Assembly: GCA_964574685.1 (NCBI GenBank)
Contig: CAZNOI010000004.1
Coordinates: 64,930 to 128,929, forward strand
DNA from: an uncultured Dehalococcoidia bacterium
GTDB lineage: Bacteria; Chloroflexota; Dehalococcoidia; SZUA-161
Length of the DNA: 64,000 nt
Direction of reading: 5' to 3'
Shown here: positions 1 through 10,077 of the stretch, piece after piece
Numbering within the stretch: position 1 is the stretch's first letter
Layout of the letters: each line of letters starts with the position of its first letter
Notes under the pieces: generated by a model
What the model was told of the DNA's origin: nothing
Seen by the model: only the letters and a program-made list of their open reading frames with translations
The model's database searches: none
Program-made: the position numbers and the translations under genes

Positions 1-90
1 GGGCCACCTTGTTCCCATCAGCCGCAGACCGCGAGGATTATAGCATAGGGCACCGAAGTGGTTCAAGTCTCGATGTCCTTAGTGCTACGC

Positions 91-918
91 TCAGGAGCCA
101 TCATCTATCAGGCTACGGATCACGCCCGGGATGCACCGGCGGGCGATGGCGCGGCTGCTGCCCCCGCAGAGTATGGCCACGAGACCGCCGTGGCACGTCT
201 CGTCGGCCGCATCCCGGATCGCCCCGGCGATGGCCGGATGACAGTCTGGTGTCAGCCCCTTGTCGCCGTAGTCACCGCTCGTGGCATCGTAGCCGAACTC
301 CCAGAACACCATCTCAGGCCCGAAATCGATCAGGCGAGGGACGAGGGCATCCCTGAGCCTGCGCAGGTATTCATCGTCGGTTGTCCGGTACGGGACAGCG
401 ATGTCGACGTTGGTGCCGTCGTCGTAGTCCCGATGGCAGAGGCAGATGTGCAGCACGTCCCTGTCATCCTGGAAGATGTCCCTGGTGCCGTCGCCATGGT
501 GGCAATCGGTGTCCACAATGGCGAAGCGTCTTCCGGCATTGCTGCGGCGCAAGTGTTCAATGGCAAGGGCCGCCCCGTTGAAATGACAGCCGCCTCCGTA
601 GTAGTCCCTGCCCGCATGGTGATCGCCGGTGCCCGTGAAGACGAAGGCGTTCTTGATCTCGCCCTCGGCTATCTTCTGAGCCGCGAGGACCGTGCCGCCT
701 GTTGAGTATAGGGCGGTCTCATAGTATCGGTCGCGCCTGACTGCCTCGACCATCCTCGGAGTGTGCACCGCCAGAAGCAGTTGCTCGGGAGCAGGCCCGA
801 TCTCGTAGAAGGCCTCGTAGAAGCGGATGTCGTCCCGCTCAAGGATGCCTGCGAACTCCTCCGGGAAGTCGTTCAGGCGTTCGCCTATCAGGTACAGGAA
901 GAATATGCCGGTCGTCAC
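91..918 (-). CDS. Histone deacetylase / acetoin-utilisation (AcuC/HDAC-like) family deacetylase
   Basis: 275-aa ORF with the arginase/deacetylase-fold signature DTDCHHGDGT and the downstream HHGDG-type metal-binding region. Confidence 0.7.
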   Translation of the reverse strand: MTTGIFFLYLIGERLNDFPEEFAGILERDDIRFYEAFYEIGPAPEQLLLAVHTPRMVEAVRRDRYYETALYSTGGTVLAAQKIAEGEIKNAFVFTGTGDHHAGRDYYGGGCHFNGAALAIEHLRRSNAGRRFAIVDTDCHHGDGTRDIFQDDRDVLHICLCHRDYDDGTNVDIAVPYRTTDDEYLRRLRDALVPRLIDFGPEMVFWEFGYDATSGDYGDKGLTPDCHPAIAGAIRDAADETCHGGLVAILCGGSSRAIARRCIPGVIRSLIDDGS

Positions 919-935
919 TGGATTTGTGGGCAGTA

Positions 936-964
936 GGGGTATGCTGGTATGCCCGGCATACCCC
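936..964. repeat. GC-rich hairpin GGGGTATGC-N11-GCATACCCC (internal tandem GGTATGC)
   Basis: Perfect 9-bp inverted repeat immediately after the stop of the small ORF and 17 nt before the HDAC-like start (minus-strand reading). Confidence 0.45.
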
Positions 965-1125
965 TACTCGGTGTCCTTCTTTCGATTCTTGAGCATTGCG
1001 TTCTTGTATATGCGGACGAGGCTGCGGCCGTGTTGAGTCATGCGGTCACGCCTCCGGCGAAGCTTCTCGCTGCGCCTTTCCTGGCGGGTCTTGGTATGGT
1101 TCTGCGCATCTTCCCGATCGCTCAT
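964..1125 (-). CDS. Small highly basic hypothetical protein (53 aa, Arg/Lys-rich)
   Basis: ATG 7 nt after the uvrB stop, with GAGG 4 nt upstream. The ORF is uninterrupted: MSDREDAQNHTKTRQERRSEKLRRRRDRMTQHGRSLVRIYKNAMLKNRKKDTE. It is too short for the supplied ORF track and could be spurious. Confidence 0.25.
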   Translation of the reverse strand: MSDREDAQNHTKTRQERRSEKLRRRRDRMTQHGRSLVRIYKNAMLKNRKKDTE

Positions 1126-1131
1126 GATGCC

Positions 1132-3102
1132 TCAGACCACCTCTCGGCGAAGCTCGACGATCTGGTCCCGAAGCAGGGCCGCCTTCTCGAATTCCAGGTT
1201 CCTGGCAGCGGTCTTCATCTGGCTTTCCAGGGACTTGATGAGACGCGCGACCTCGTCCTTCGGTATCTCGCTGGACACAGTGTACGTCGCTTTGGTCTCA
1301 GCAACGGCCTTGAGCTGGTCGGTGATGCCCTTGATGGCCTTTCTGATGCCGAGTGGAGTTATGCCGTGCTCGAGGTTGTAAGCTTCCTGAATGCGCCGCC
1401 TGCGATAGGTCTCATCGATGGCGCGGCGCATCGACCCTGTGACTTCGTCGGCGTACATCATGACCTGCCCGTCGACATGGCGCGCGGCTCGGCCGATTGT
1501 CTGGATCAGCGCGCTCTCGGAGCGCAGGTATCCCTCCTTATCCGCATCGAGTATGGCGACAAGGCTTACCTCGGGCAAATCGAGTCCTTCCCGCAGCAGG
1601 TTGATCCCTACAACCACGTCGTAGACGCCGAGCCGGAGGTCCCGAAGTATCTCGACCCGCTCCAGGGTATCGACCTCGGAGTGGAGGTAGTGGGTCCTGA
1701 TCGCCATTTCCTTGAGGTAGTCGGCGAGCTGCTCCGCCATCCTCTTGGTGAGCGTGGTGACGAGACAGCGCTCGCCCCGCTCCGTCCTCGCCTTGATCTG
1801 ATCGAGGAGGTCGTCGATCTGGCCTCTGGTGGGCTTGACCTCGATAGCCGGGTCCAGCAGGCCGGTGGGCCTTACGACCTGTTCGACGACCTGCCGGCTG
1901 TGCTCGTACTCATAGGGCCCGGGCGTCGCCGATACGTAGATAACCTGGCTGAGATGATTCTCGAATTCTTCGAAGTTGAGTGGTCGATTGTCGAGGGCCG
2001 AGGGGAGGCGGAAACCATAGTCGACGAGCACTTCCTTGCGGGAGCGGTCCCCGTAGTACATGCCCCTGATCTGAGGCAGGGACATATGCGACTCGTCTAT
2101 GAACATCAGGAAGTCGTCGGGGAAGTAGTCGAGCAGCGTGAAGGGCGGGCTGCCAGCGGGACGACGCGCAAGATGACGAGAGTAGTTCTCCACGGCGGTA
2201 CAGTAGCCGACCTCACGAAGCATCTCCAGGTCGTAGTTGGTGCGGCTCTCCAGCCGCTCTGCTTCAAGTGGTTTGCCCTGGCTCTTGAACCAGGCGACCC
2301 TGTCCTCCATCTCTGACCTGATATCTTCAAGTGCGGCCGTCAGCTTGTCGAGCGACGTGACGAAGTGCTTGGCGGGGTAGATATCGATGTGCTCCCGGTC
2401 GGAAAGAAGCTCGCCGGTCAGTGGATCGATCTCGACGATGCGCTCGACCTCGTTGCCCCAGAACTGGATGCGGACCGCGAGTTCCTCATACGCAGGCTGT
2501 ATCTCGATCGTGTCCCCCCGAACCCTGAACTTCCCCCGGGTGAAGTCGTAGTCGTTCCGCTCGTACTGCATGTCGACTAGTTGGCGGACCGTGCGGTCGC
2601 GATTCCTCTTCTCGCCCTTGGAGAGATTCAGCACGAAGCTGTAATATTCCTCGGGGGAGCCTAGGCCGTATATGCACGAGACAGACGCCACAATGATGAC
2701 ATCGCGGCGGGACATGAGAGAGCGCGTGGCGGCGTGTCGCAGCTTGTCGATCTCGTCGTTGACATCGGTATCCTTCTCGATATAGGTGTCGGTGCGGGGC
2801 AAATAGGCCTCGGGCTGATAGTAGTCGTAGTAGCTCACGAAGTACTCGACTGCATTCTCGGGGAAGAAGTCTCGAAACTCGGAGCAGAGCTGGGCGGCAA
2901 GAGTCTTGTTGTGGGCCAGCACGAGAGTGGGTCTTTGCATCTGCTGGACGACGTTGGCCATGGTGAAGGTCTTACCGCTTCCCGTAACACCGAGAAGGGT
3001 TTGTTTGCCGTAGCCCTTCCGGAGCCCGTCGACGAGCTTCTCGACTGCCTGAGGCTGGTCTCCGGTCAGGCCGAACTCCGAATGTATGTTGAAGTATGAC
3101 AT
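1132..3102 (-). CDS. uvrB: Excinuclease ABC subunit B
   Basis: 656 aa with N-terminal GDQP..., a GSGKT Walker A helicase motif and a C-terminal UvrB/UvrC-interaction coiled coil. Confidence 0.95.
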   Translation of the reverse strand: MSYFNIHSEFGLTGDQPQAVEKLVDGLRKGYGKQTLLGVTGSGKTFTMANVVQQMQRPTLVLAHNKTLAAQLCSEFRDFFPENAVEYFVSYYDYYQPEAYLPRTDTYIEKDTDVNDEIDKLRHAATRSLMSRRDVIIVASVSCIYGLGSPEEYYSFVLNLSKGEKRNRDRTVRQLVDMQYERNDYDFTRGKFRVRGDTIEIQPAYEELAVRIQFWGNEVERIVEIDPLTGELLSDREHIDIYPAKHFVTSLDKLTAALEDIRSEMEDRVAWFKSQGKPLEAERLESRTNYDLEMLREVGYCTAVENYSRHLARRPAGSPPFTLLDYFPDDFLMFIDESHMSLPQIRGMYYGDRSRKEVLVDYGFRLPSALDNRPLNFEEFENHLSQVIYVSATPGPYEYEHSRQVVEQVVRPTGLLDPAIEVKPTRGQIDDLLDQIKARTERGERCLVTTLTKRMAEQLADYLKEMAIRTHYLHSEVDTLERVEILRDLRLGVYDVVVGINLLREGLDLPEVSLVAILDADKEGYLRSESALIQTIGRAARHVDGQVMMYADEVTGSMRRAIDETYRRRRIQEAYNLEHGITPLGIRKAIKGITDQLKAVAETKATYTVSSEIPKDEVARLIKSLESQMKTAARNLEFEKAALLRDQIVELRREVV

Positions 3103-3203
3103 GGCCGCGATTTGCCTGTCCCAACAACGATTCTAAGGCAGTGGTGTTATGGGCGCAACGACGTTACCTGGGCCGCGACGGTCGTGGTGTCGGAGGGGGC
3201 GAC

Positions 3204-4472
3204 CTACTCGGTACGAAGGGCCTCCACGGGGTCCATGCGGGAGGCGCGTAACGCGGGATAGAGTCCGGAGAGCATGCTGATTGCGAGGGAGATGCCCACG
3301 GCTATCACAACCCAGTCGAGCGGCAGCTCGCCCGGGACATCGAAAAGCATGGGCACTATGGTGTAGGTCCCCGCCGCCGCAATTGCAAGGCCGATCAACC
3401 CGCCCATGAAGCCGATGAACCCGGCCTCGAACAGGAAGGATATGAGGACCTGGTGGTTTCTAGCCCCGACAGCCTTCATCACGCCGATCTCGCGGGTGCG
3501 CTCGGCGACGGTAACGAGCATTACGTTGGCTATGCCGATGCCGCCCACCAGGAGGGATATACCGGCGATGGCGACGAGGGCGATCTGGATCATGCCGGTG
3601 ATATCCTCTGATATCTCCAGAACGTCCTCCTGTGTTGTGATGACGTATTCCTCGTCCCCGGTCGGCATGCCCATGTCGATGCCGAAGAACCCTTGAGATT
3701 GCTGGTCGTCTTCACCTATGGTCCTGTCAGGCTCGACCTGAAGTATCCTGTCCAGGGTCTCGCGGGCCCCGTCCTCGACCTTGTCTATGTCATCCACGTC
3801 GCTGGCGAAGAGAGTGATCTCGTCATACCCGTCTTCGCCCAGTATGGAGTTGAGAGTCCTGATGGGCACGTAGACCATGCCGACCTCGATGCCTACGTCG
3901 GGCTCCTCCACAATGCCCTTGATACGGAACCTCTCCGTGACGTCAATGTCGTCGGCGGAGATGGTGAGGTCGAAGTGGGTCATGAGTGCGGGGCGCGAAG
4001 ACGGCATCGTTGTGTCACCAATGACAGCGTTCCACGTGTCTTGAGGCCGGAGGGCCTCGCCGGCGACGAGGTCGCGGTTCCTGGCTTTCAGATAGCCGGG
4101 TTCAACGCCCACTATGAAAACGCTCGCCTCTTCACCGCTGTACTTCATGGTGCCGTACGTCGTCCTGCTGGCAGTGGCGTCCTGGACGTAGGGAAGCTGG
4201 CGCACTGAATCGAAGAGACGGGCGTCAAGGGTCTCGGTCTCGTCGAGCTGCGGGCCCATGACCCCGACGCTGGAGCCGGGCCTTATGGTGACGAAGTTGG
4301 AACCTAGGGCCTGCATCTGGTCCTCGAAGTACGCCCGAAAGCCCTCGACCATGGCCGCGTTGACGAGGACGGCGGTGATGCCGATGAGGATTCCCAGCGT
4401 CACCAGAAAGGAGCGCAGCTTATGGGCGGCTATAGATTCAACCGCCATTGAGAGGAGGGTTACTGGGTCCAC
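3204..4472 (-). CDS. ABC transporter permease, FtsX/MacB-like
   Basis: N-terminal TM helix with the KLRSFLT-like motif, a large extracytoplasmic domain and three C-terminal TM helices (FtsX fold). The start is either GTG at 4472 or ATG at 4448. Confidence 0.8.
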   Translation of the reverse strand: MDPVTLLSMAVESIAAHKLRSFLVTLGILIGITAVLVNAAMVEGFRAYFEDQMQALGSNFVTIRPGSSVGVMGPQLDETETLDARLFDSVRQLPYVQDATASRTTYGTMKYSGEEASVFIVGVEPGYLKARNRDLVAGEALRPQDTWNAVIGDTTMPSSRPALMTHFDLTISADDIDVTERFRIKGIVEEPDVGIEVGMVYVPIRTLNSILGEDGYDEITLFASDVDDIDKVEDGARETLDRILQVEPDRTIGEDDQQSQGFFGIDMGMPTGDEEYVITTQEDVLEISEDITGMIQIALVAIAGISLLVGGIGIANVMLVTVAERTREIGVMKAVGARNHQVLISFLFEAGFIGFMGGLIGLAIAAAGTYTIVPMLFDVPGELPLDWVVIAVGISLAISMLSGLYPALRASRMDPVEALRTE

Positions 4473-5944
4473 CGTCTTCGTCTCCGGACCAGCCAGATGA
4501 GCAACAGCAGGAGGACCACAACCACGGGTGGTACTATATATACGAGTGGACTGGACTCTTCGGGCTCAGTCAGATTGATGGTCACAGTGAGTGGCTCGGT
4601 TTCGAGAACTCCTCTCGAAACCCGGTAGACGACCTTAAACTGGAGATGGTCTCCGTTTTCCAGGTCATGCGTAGGGACTCTGAAATTGGCGGGCAGAAAG
4701 TCGTCAGGAGACATACCTCCTATGAAGAACTCGGAGGGCGTGATTCCCATGTTATTGAGAGGCACTACGCTGACGGACTGCACCTCAACGGGGAGGTTGT
4801 TCGCAACGTGCAGAGTGACGACTGCGTCGTCGCCGGCAACGGCTTCGATCCGCTCCGCCAGGATCAACTGGATAGAGGGAGCTTCCAGCACCAGTGTATC
4901 TACTCCGAACTCCTGCTCGACAAGCTTGCTGCCGAGTCTGTATGACATCAGGAAGTCTAGGGTCTGTGTCCCCACACTGGGCTCTCTGACCTCGAAGGTC
5001 AGTTCGCGACCGCGTACGGCGCGATCGAGTTCGTCTTCACCTTCGCCACCGGAGGAGCCTGTGAGCAGCGACTCGACCTCGAATTCCTCCAACTCCTCTT
5101 CGGCGGCTACGTCTCCGCCAAGGTAGTATCCGCCCGGCTGCACCACGCCGTTCAGCGCTCTCAGCTCGAGTTCCGCAATCTCGGCCTCTTCAGCGGCGGC
5201 GATGACTATGGACATCTCGAGCGTCTCAGGAAGGTAGGTGGATGAGCTTATCGAGCCGAGGTACGCCCGCACCGCTGAGGTGGCAGGAATGACCTCATAG
5301 GTGATGGTGACGGGAGGGGCAGTGCCGCGCTCGTGCTCGGCCACCAGCTCGAGCGTATTCGTTCCTATCTCGTAGTCTGTAAGCCGGAGGGCGATCTCGC
5401 GCACCTCATTGGCCTCCAGAGCCCCAACCTGATAGAGATTCCTGCCGCCGCTCTGGATGCGGGCGCCCGCGACGGAATCTAATCGCAAGTTCTGTATCTG
5501 CAACTGGGCTGTGTAGACCATACCTTCGAAGATTGACTCCGGGGACTCAATCACACGGAGGGTTACCGACTGCTCCGGGGGCCGGACGTCGAAGGTGACT
5601 GTCCAGGTAGGCGACTTGCCTTCGGTATACTCAGCGTAGATATCGACGCTGTTAGCTCCCAGGGTGTACTCCTTGAGATAGAAGGTAACCTCCTGCTGGC
5701 CCTCGGGGGCGATATCGCCCAGGGTCCTCTTCTCGTCGGTGGAGGACTTGATGACAACATTGGCTGCCTGATTCTCCCCAACGTTCAGGACCCTCACATT
5801 GATCGGAACGCGGTCACCGTCGAACACAAGCGACGGGTAGTCCAGGATTTCCAACTCGAGTGTGGTCGCCTGGGCGTGAGCAATCGGGACCTGGCCGAGC
5901 AACACAGCAATGGTGAGCACGAATATCAGCAGACTACGTCTCAT
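4460..5944 (-). CDS. Secreted CARDB/DUF11-like repeat protein with C-terminal membrane anchor, partner of the ABC transporter
   Basis: Signal peptide MRRSLLIFVLTIAVLLGQVPIAHA. Repeated VLNVGENQAANV-type beta-sandwich repeats. C-terminal hydrophobic helix followed by RRRRRW. Overlaps both flanking ABC genes. Confidence 0.6.
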   Translation of the reverse strand: MRRSLLIFVLTIAVLLGQVPIAHAQATTLELEILDYPSLVFDGDRVPINVRVLNVGENQAANVVIKSSTDEKRTLGDIAPEGQQEVTFYLKEYTLGANSVDIYAEYTEGKSPTWTVTFDVRPPEQSVTLRVIESPESIFEGMVYTAQLQIQNLRLDSVAGARIQSGGRNLYQVGALEANEVREIALRLTDYEIGTNTLELVAEHERGTAPPVTITYEVIPATSAVRAYLGSISSSTYLPETLEMSIVIAAAEEAEIAELELRALNGVVQPGGYYLGGDVAAEEELEEFEVESLLTGSSGGEGEDELDRAVRGRELTFEVREPSVGTQTLDFLMSYRLGSKLVEQEFGVDTLVLEAPSIQLILAERIEAVAGDDAVVTLHVANNLPVEVQSVSVVPLNNMGITPSEFFIGGMSPDDFLPANFRVPTHDLENGDHLQFKVVYRVSRGVLETEPLTVTINLTEPEESSPLVYIVPPVVVVLLLLLIWLVRRRRRWTQ

Positions 5945-6665
5945 TTTCGACGATCCTCCCGTCTCTTATACGTATGGTACGGTCAGCCCAACCGGCGATC
6001 TCCGGGTCATGCGTTACGACCACCAGCGTGCGACCCTGGTCATTCAGCCCTCTAAGGATCCCCATGATTTCAGACGAGCTGGCGGTGTCAAGGTTCCCTG
6101 TGGGCTCGTCAGCGATGATTATGGTCGGGTCGGCAACCAGGGCCCTTGCAATCGCCACGCGCTGCTGCTCGCCCCCGCTCATCTGAGAAGGCGTGTGCCC
6201 GACGCGATGACCGAGCCCGACTTCGTTGAGAAGTGCTGTCGCCCTGCTGGCGCGGTCAGCCGGAGAGACCCCCTGGAAGACAAGCGGAAGCTCAACGTTC
6301 TTCTGAGCTGTCTTCCTGGGCATCAGGTTGAACTTCTGGAAGATGAAACCTATCTTCCTGGCGCGTATCTCCGCAAGCTGGTCCTGCGACAGGTGGGATA
6401 TGTTGACCCCGTCTACGATGACCCGGCCGCGCGTGGGGCGCTCGAGACACCCCATGACGTGCATCAGGGTTGACTTGCCGCTGCCGCTGGGGCCGATGAT
6501 CGCGACGAACTCGCCTCGCCCGACGTCGAGGTTTATGCCGCGCAGCACTTCCACCTGTATCCTGGTGCCGTACACCTTCCAGACTTCGCTGGCCTGTAGC
6601 ACATGCTGGCCGGCTGTGTCAGTGCCCTGGGACTTCACCATATCTTCAGCACGGGAAGAGGCCAT
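5934..6665 (-). CDS. ABC transporter ATP-binding protein (MacB/LolD-like)
   Basis: Walker A GPSGSGKST, signature LSGGEQQRVAIARAL and Walker B IIADEPTGNLD. Start chosen at the ATG preceded by GGGGAG; the longer track ORF has no Shine-Dalgarno sequence. Confidence 0.85.
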   Translation of the reverse strand: MASSRAEDMVKSQGTDTAGQHVLQASEVWKVYGTRIQVEVLRGINLDVGRGEFVAIIGPSGSGKSTLMHVMGCLERPTRGRVIVDGVNISHLSQDQLAEIRARKIGFIFQKFNLMPRKTAQKNVELPLVFQGVSPADRASRATALLNEVGLGHRVGHTPSQMSGGEQQRVAIARALVADPTIIIADEPTGNLDTASSSEIMGILRGLNDQGRTLVVVTHDPEIAGWADRTIRIRDGRIVENET

Positions 6666-6790
6666 AGGCTCCCCGCCAGTATCATATCTTACGCCATGGA
6701 CGTTAGTGCCCCATAAGGACAGCATTAGAAAGGGACAAGACCTACAGGTCCATTATACACAGAAGGATTCGAGCGCGCTGCCCGAGGTGC

Positions 6791-7447
6791 CTACCAGCCG
6801 AGCCAGTTCCTTATGCCTTCAAAGAGACCGGCTCCGGCGAAGGCGAAACCGAAGGACTTGATGGTCTTGCCGGCCCAGCAGAAGAGGAAGAACCTCCACA
6901 GCGGATAGTGGAGGCTGCCGCTTGCGGTCGTTGCCAATCTTACCAGGAAGTTCGGTATCGCCGACACCAGGAAGATGGTCAGACCACCCCAGCGTCTCAT
7001 CCAGTTCTGGACCTTCACGTACCACTTCCAGCGCTCCGTTGGAAGCTGGGACATCCCACCGTAGCCGACCAGATAATAGGCTACCTCGCCTATGGGTTCT
7101 CCAAAGCCGGCCGCGAGCGCAATGAATACCGGGTTCAAGCCCAGTCCCGCGGCGATGAACGCCGCCCATGACCCTGGGAGCGGCCAGACAGGTGCTGCAC
7201 TTCCCATGATAGCCATCAAGAAGACACCAGAATAGCCCGCGCTTTCGAGATACTGTTCTGCATTGGTCGGCCTCTGCACCAGTATCGTAACCAGCAAGAT
7301 AACCACGGCGGCAACCGCCAGCATACCGAAGTACGCAAGGCGCTTCCTCCGGGTGATGGCTGGCGCGGGCGGCGTTGCTTCAAAGCACCCCCGGGGGGGT
7401 TCCGCGGGGTCTGGAGGCAGTGGTTTGTCGCTTTCACGGTAGCTCAC
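6791..7447 (-). CDS. DedA/VTT-domain family inner-membrane protein
   Basis: Polytopic membrane protein with DedA-like motifs (G..YYLVGYGG, and RLATTASG...FFLFCWAGKTI resembling RfiP.vR...G). Confidence 0.5.
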   Translation of the reverse strand: MSYRESDKPLPPDPAEPPRGCFEATPPAPAITRRKRLAYFGMLAVAAVVILLVTILVQRPTNAEQYLESAGYSGVFLMAIMGSAAPVWPLPGSWAAFIAAGLGLNPVFIALAAGFGEPIGEVAYYLVGYGGMSQLPTERWKWYVKVQNWMRRWGGLTIFLVSAIPNFLVRLATTASGSLHYPLWRFFLFCWAGKTIKSFGFAFAGAGLFEGIRNWLGW

Positions 7448-7537
7448 AGCCTAGCTAGGGTAAGCCGGGAAGGCCCCCAAGTCAACCCCATCGCGAGGGG
7501 GTGCTGCTCGCAGCGGTGGCAGGCCGGTGCACTCAGG

Positions 7538-9430
7538 TTGCGGCCGGTATGCGCCAAAGCTATAATCCGATACGTGTTTGGAGACAGGCTTGTGGACCTC
7601 GACCCGATCCTCAGGAGAGTGACGCGGCCCGCGCGCTACACCGGAGGCGAGTGGAACGCGGTTACGAAGGACTGGGAGGCGGCTTCTCTCAGAGTTGCAC
7701 TGGCGTATCCGGATACTTACGAAGTGGGGATGTGCAACCTCGGCCTTATGATCGTCTATGACCTGCTGAACCGGATGCCGGACGTATTGGCGGAGCGCGT
7801 CTTCGCGCCGTGGATCGATATGGAGGAGGAGATGAGGCGGCACGGTGTGCCCCTATTCGCCATCGAGTCGAGGCGGCCCGTGTCGTCGTTCGACGTGCTC
7901 GGGTTCTCGCTGGGCTACGAACTGACTTACACAAACGTCCTCAACATGCTCGACCTGGCTGGGCTGCCCGTCCTTAGCCGCGAGCGTGGTGAGGAGTGCC
8001 CTCTTGTGATTGCCGGTGGCAGCGATGCCATGAACCCCGAGCCGATGGCCGATTTCGTAGACCTGTTCGTGGTCGGTGATGGTGAGGAGGCAGTGCCGGA
8101 GCTTGTTGAAGTCCTGAAGTCGTGGAAGGCGGGCAGTATTCCGGACAGGGAGGGACTTCTATGTGAAGCGGCGGCGGTAGAAGGCGTCTACGTCCCCCGA
8201 TGCTATCGGGTCTCCTGCACCGAAGAAGGGGTTATCAGGTCTGTGGAACCCACGGCAGAAGGAGTGCCTCCAGTGGTCAGGCGGCGGATGGTCGATGCCC
8301 TTCCTCCTCCCGTGACCCGTCCGGTGGTGCCGTACGTCGAGGTGATTCACGACAGGGGAGCTGTCGAGATTCAGCGAGGTTGCTCCAAGGGTTGCCGGTT
8401 TTGCCAGGCTGGAATGATCTACCGTCCGGTGCGCGAGCGTCCCAGGGAAGAAGTGGTGCGAGCGGTCGATGAGATCATCAGGAACTGCGGCTACGAGGAG
8501 ATATCCCTCTTGTCTCTCAGCACAAGTGATTACGGCGAGATTGCGGAACTCGTGACCACGCTGTCGAGGAAGTACGGGAGCCGGTACCTGGCCCTATCCC
8601 TGCCCAGCCTGAGGTTGGACAGCTTCTCGGTTGCTCTGGCGAATTCGCTTCAGGAAGGGAAGAAGGCTGGATTCACGTTTGCACCGGAGGCGGGTACAGA
8701 AAGACTGCGCCGGGTGATCAACAAGAACGTGAGCGAAGACGAGATACTGCGGGCTGTGGAGACGGCATTCGAACGCGGATGGAAGAGCATCAAGCTGTAC
8801 TTCATGATCGGTCTTCCCACCGAAAAGATGGAAGACGCTGAGGCTGTTGTCGAACTCGTGAGGAGGATAAGGGCTGTCGGCAGGGGAAGGCTGAACGTCA
8901 GGGTTAATCTCTCAACCTTCGTGCCGAAACCGCACACGCCGTTCCAGTGGTGCGCACAGGCCTCAGAGGATGAGCTTGGAGAGAAGATAGCCCGCGTAAG
9001 GTCCGGACTTAAGCGAACAGGTGCGCAGTTGTCCTGGCATGACCCGAGGGTGAGCCTGCTCGAGGGAGTGCTGTCGCGGGGCGACCGAAGACTGGGGCAG
9101 GTGATACTGTCAGCCTGGCGGAATGGCTGCAGATTCGACGCGTGGAGCGAGCTGTACGACTGGGAGAAGTGGGCAGCAGCCTTCTCAGATTGCGCACTCG
9201 ACCCGGCCTTCTACGCGCAGCGGGAACGGGCGCTTGACGAGGTGCTTCCGTGGTGCCACATCGATGCCGGCATTGATGTCGAGTTCCTGCGAGACGAATA
9301 CCGCCGGGCCCTGTGCGAAGAGGAGACCGGCGATTGTCGGGCGGGCCCCTGCAACTACTGCGGCTTACAGGAGACGGCCCCTTGTCGAGAGAAGCTGCGT
9401 AGCACTGATCCCGGGACTACGAGTGGGTAG
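7538..9430 (+). CDS. B12-binding-domain radical SAM protein, uncharacterised family (TIGR03960-like)
   Basis: N-terminal Rossmann-like B12-binding region followed by a radical-SAM core with CxxxCxxC (GCSKGCRFCQAG) and a long C-terminal domain. Start uncertain; in-frame GTG/TTG candidates lie downstream. Confidence 0.75.
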   Translation: MRPVCAKAIIRYVFGDRLVDLDPILRRVTRPARYTGGEWNAVTKDWEAASLRVALAYPDTYEVGMCNLGLMIVYDLLNRMPDVLAERVFAPWIDMEEEMRRHGVPLFAIESRRPVSSFDVLGFSLGYELTYTNVLNMLDLAGLPVLSRERGEECPLVIAGGSDAMNPEPMADFVDLFVVGDGEEAVPELVEVLKSWKAGSIPDREGLLCEAAAVEGVYVPRCYRVSCTEEGVIRSVEPTAEGVPPVVRRRMVDALPPPVTRPVVPYVEVIHDRGAVEIQRGCSKGCRFCQAGMIYRPVRERPREEVVRAVDEIIRNCGYEEISLLSLSTSDYGEIAELVTTLSRKYGSRYLALSLPSLRLDSFSVALANSLQEGKKAGFTFAPEAGTERLRRVINKNVSEDEILRAVETAFERGWKSIKLYFMIGLPTEKMEDAEAVVELVRRIRAVGRGRLNVRVNLSTFVPKPHTPFQWCAQASEDELGEKIARVRSGLKRTGAQLSWHDPRVSLLEGVLSRGDRRLGQVILSAWRNGCRFDAWSELYDWEKWAAAFSDCALDPAFYAQRERALDEVLPWCHIDAGIDVEFLRDEYRRALCEEETGDCRAGPCNYCGLQETAPCREKLRSTDPGTTSG

Positions 9431-9459
9431 AAGCAGGTGGTAGCAGCCGTCTCCCCCAT

Positions 9460-10071
9460 CTATGCGATGTAGAGAAATCTGCCCGCCTTCAGGGCCAGAG
9501 AGGGGATTGGCTCTGTTCTGGGCATGAACAGCTTCGATATCAGCAGGGCGGTTGACACTCCGACCACAACCCCGGCCATAATGTCCACGGCGAAGTGTAT
9601 GCCTGCGTAGAAGCGCGCCACGGCCCAGATTGTGGCAAGAGCGTACAGCAGGAGCCCGGCCTTTCGATGGCCCAGGAAGACGCCCGTTGCGGCGGCGAAT
9701 GCTATTGTGGCGCCGTTGCTGGGGAAGGTCGGGTCGTGGGGGAAGTAGAAGACGATCTCGGCTGCCCGTGCGGCGCTGGCACTTATCAGGGAGTCGTCCA
9801 CCAGGAACGGGCGTGGCCAGAAGTCTCGCATGTTCAGGACCCTTACGGTCAGAGTGGAGATGCCGATCGCCACGGCGGCATTCATGATTGTCTTCTGCAG
9901 CGCCTCTCGTCGCACGGGGTCAGAGTGCCCCAGCCAGAGGCCGAGCATGACTAGGCAGATGCTCACGGGAATGAAGAAGTCGCTCACGAACAGGCTCATG
10001 GCCTCATCGAGGGCGGGCACCTTGCCGACGAACCCCGTGATCCAGAGGGTCCACCCAGAGAGCGGCGGCAT
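9460..10071 (-). CDS. PAP2-family membrane phosphatase (undecaprenyl-/lipid-phosphate phosphatase-like)
   Basis: Six-TM profile with PAP2 motif remnants (PSNGA, and YAGIHFAVDIMAG resembling SR..HxxxD). Confidence 0.6.
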   Translation of the reverse strand: MPPLSGWTLWITGFVGKVPALDEAMSLFVSDFFIPVSICLVMLGLWLGHSDPVRREALQKTIMNAAVAIGISTLTVRVLNMRDFWPRPFLVDDSLISASAARAAEIVFYFPHDPTFPSNGATIAFAAATGVFLGHRKAGLLLYALATIWAVARFYAGIHFAVDIMAGVVVGVSTALLISKLFMPRTEPIPSLALKAGRFLYIA

Positions 10072-10077
10072 TTCGTA

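Noticed and set aside
949-2316. 455-aa plus-strand ORF overlapping uvrB
   Set aside because: It lies entirely antisense to a strongly supported uvrB. It is a GC-driven open frame with no recognisable motifs.
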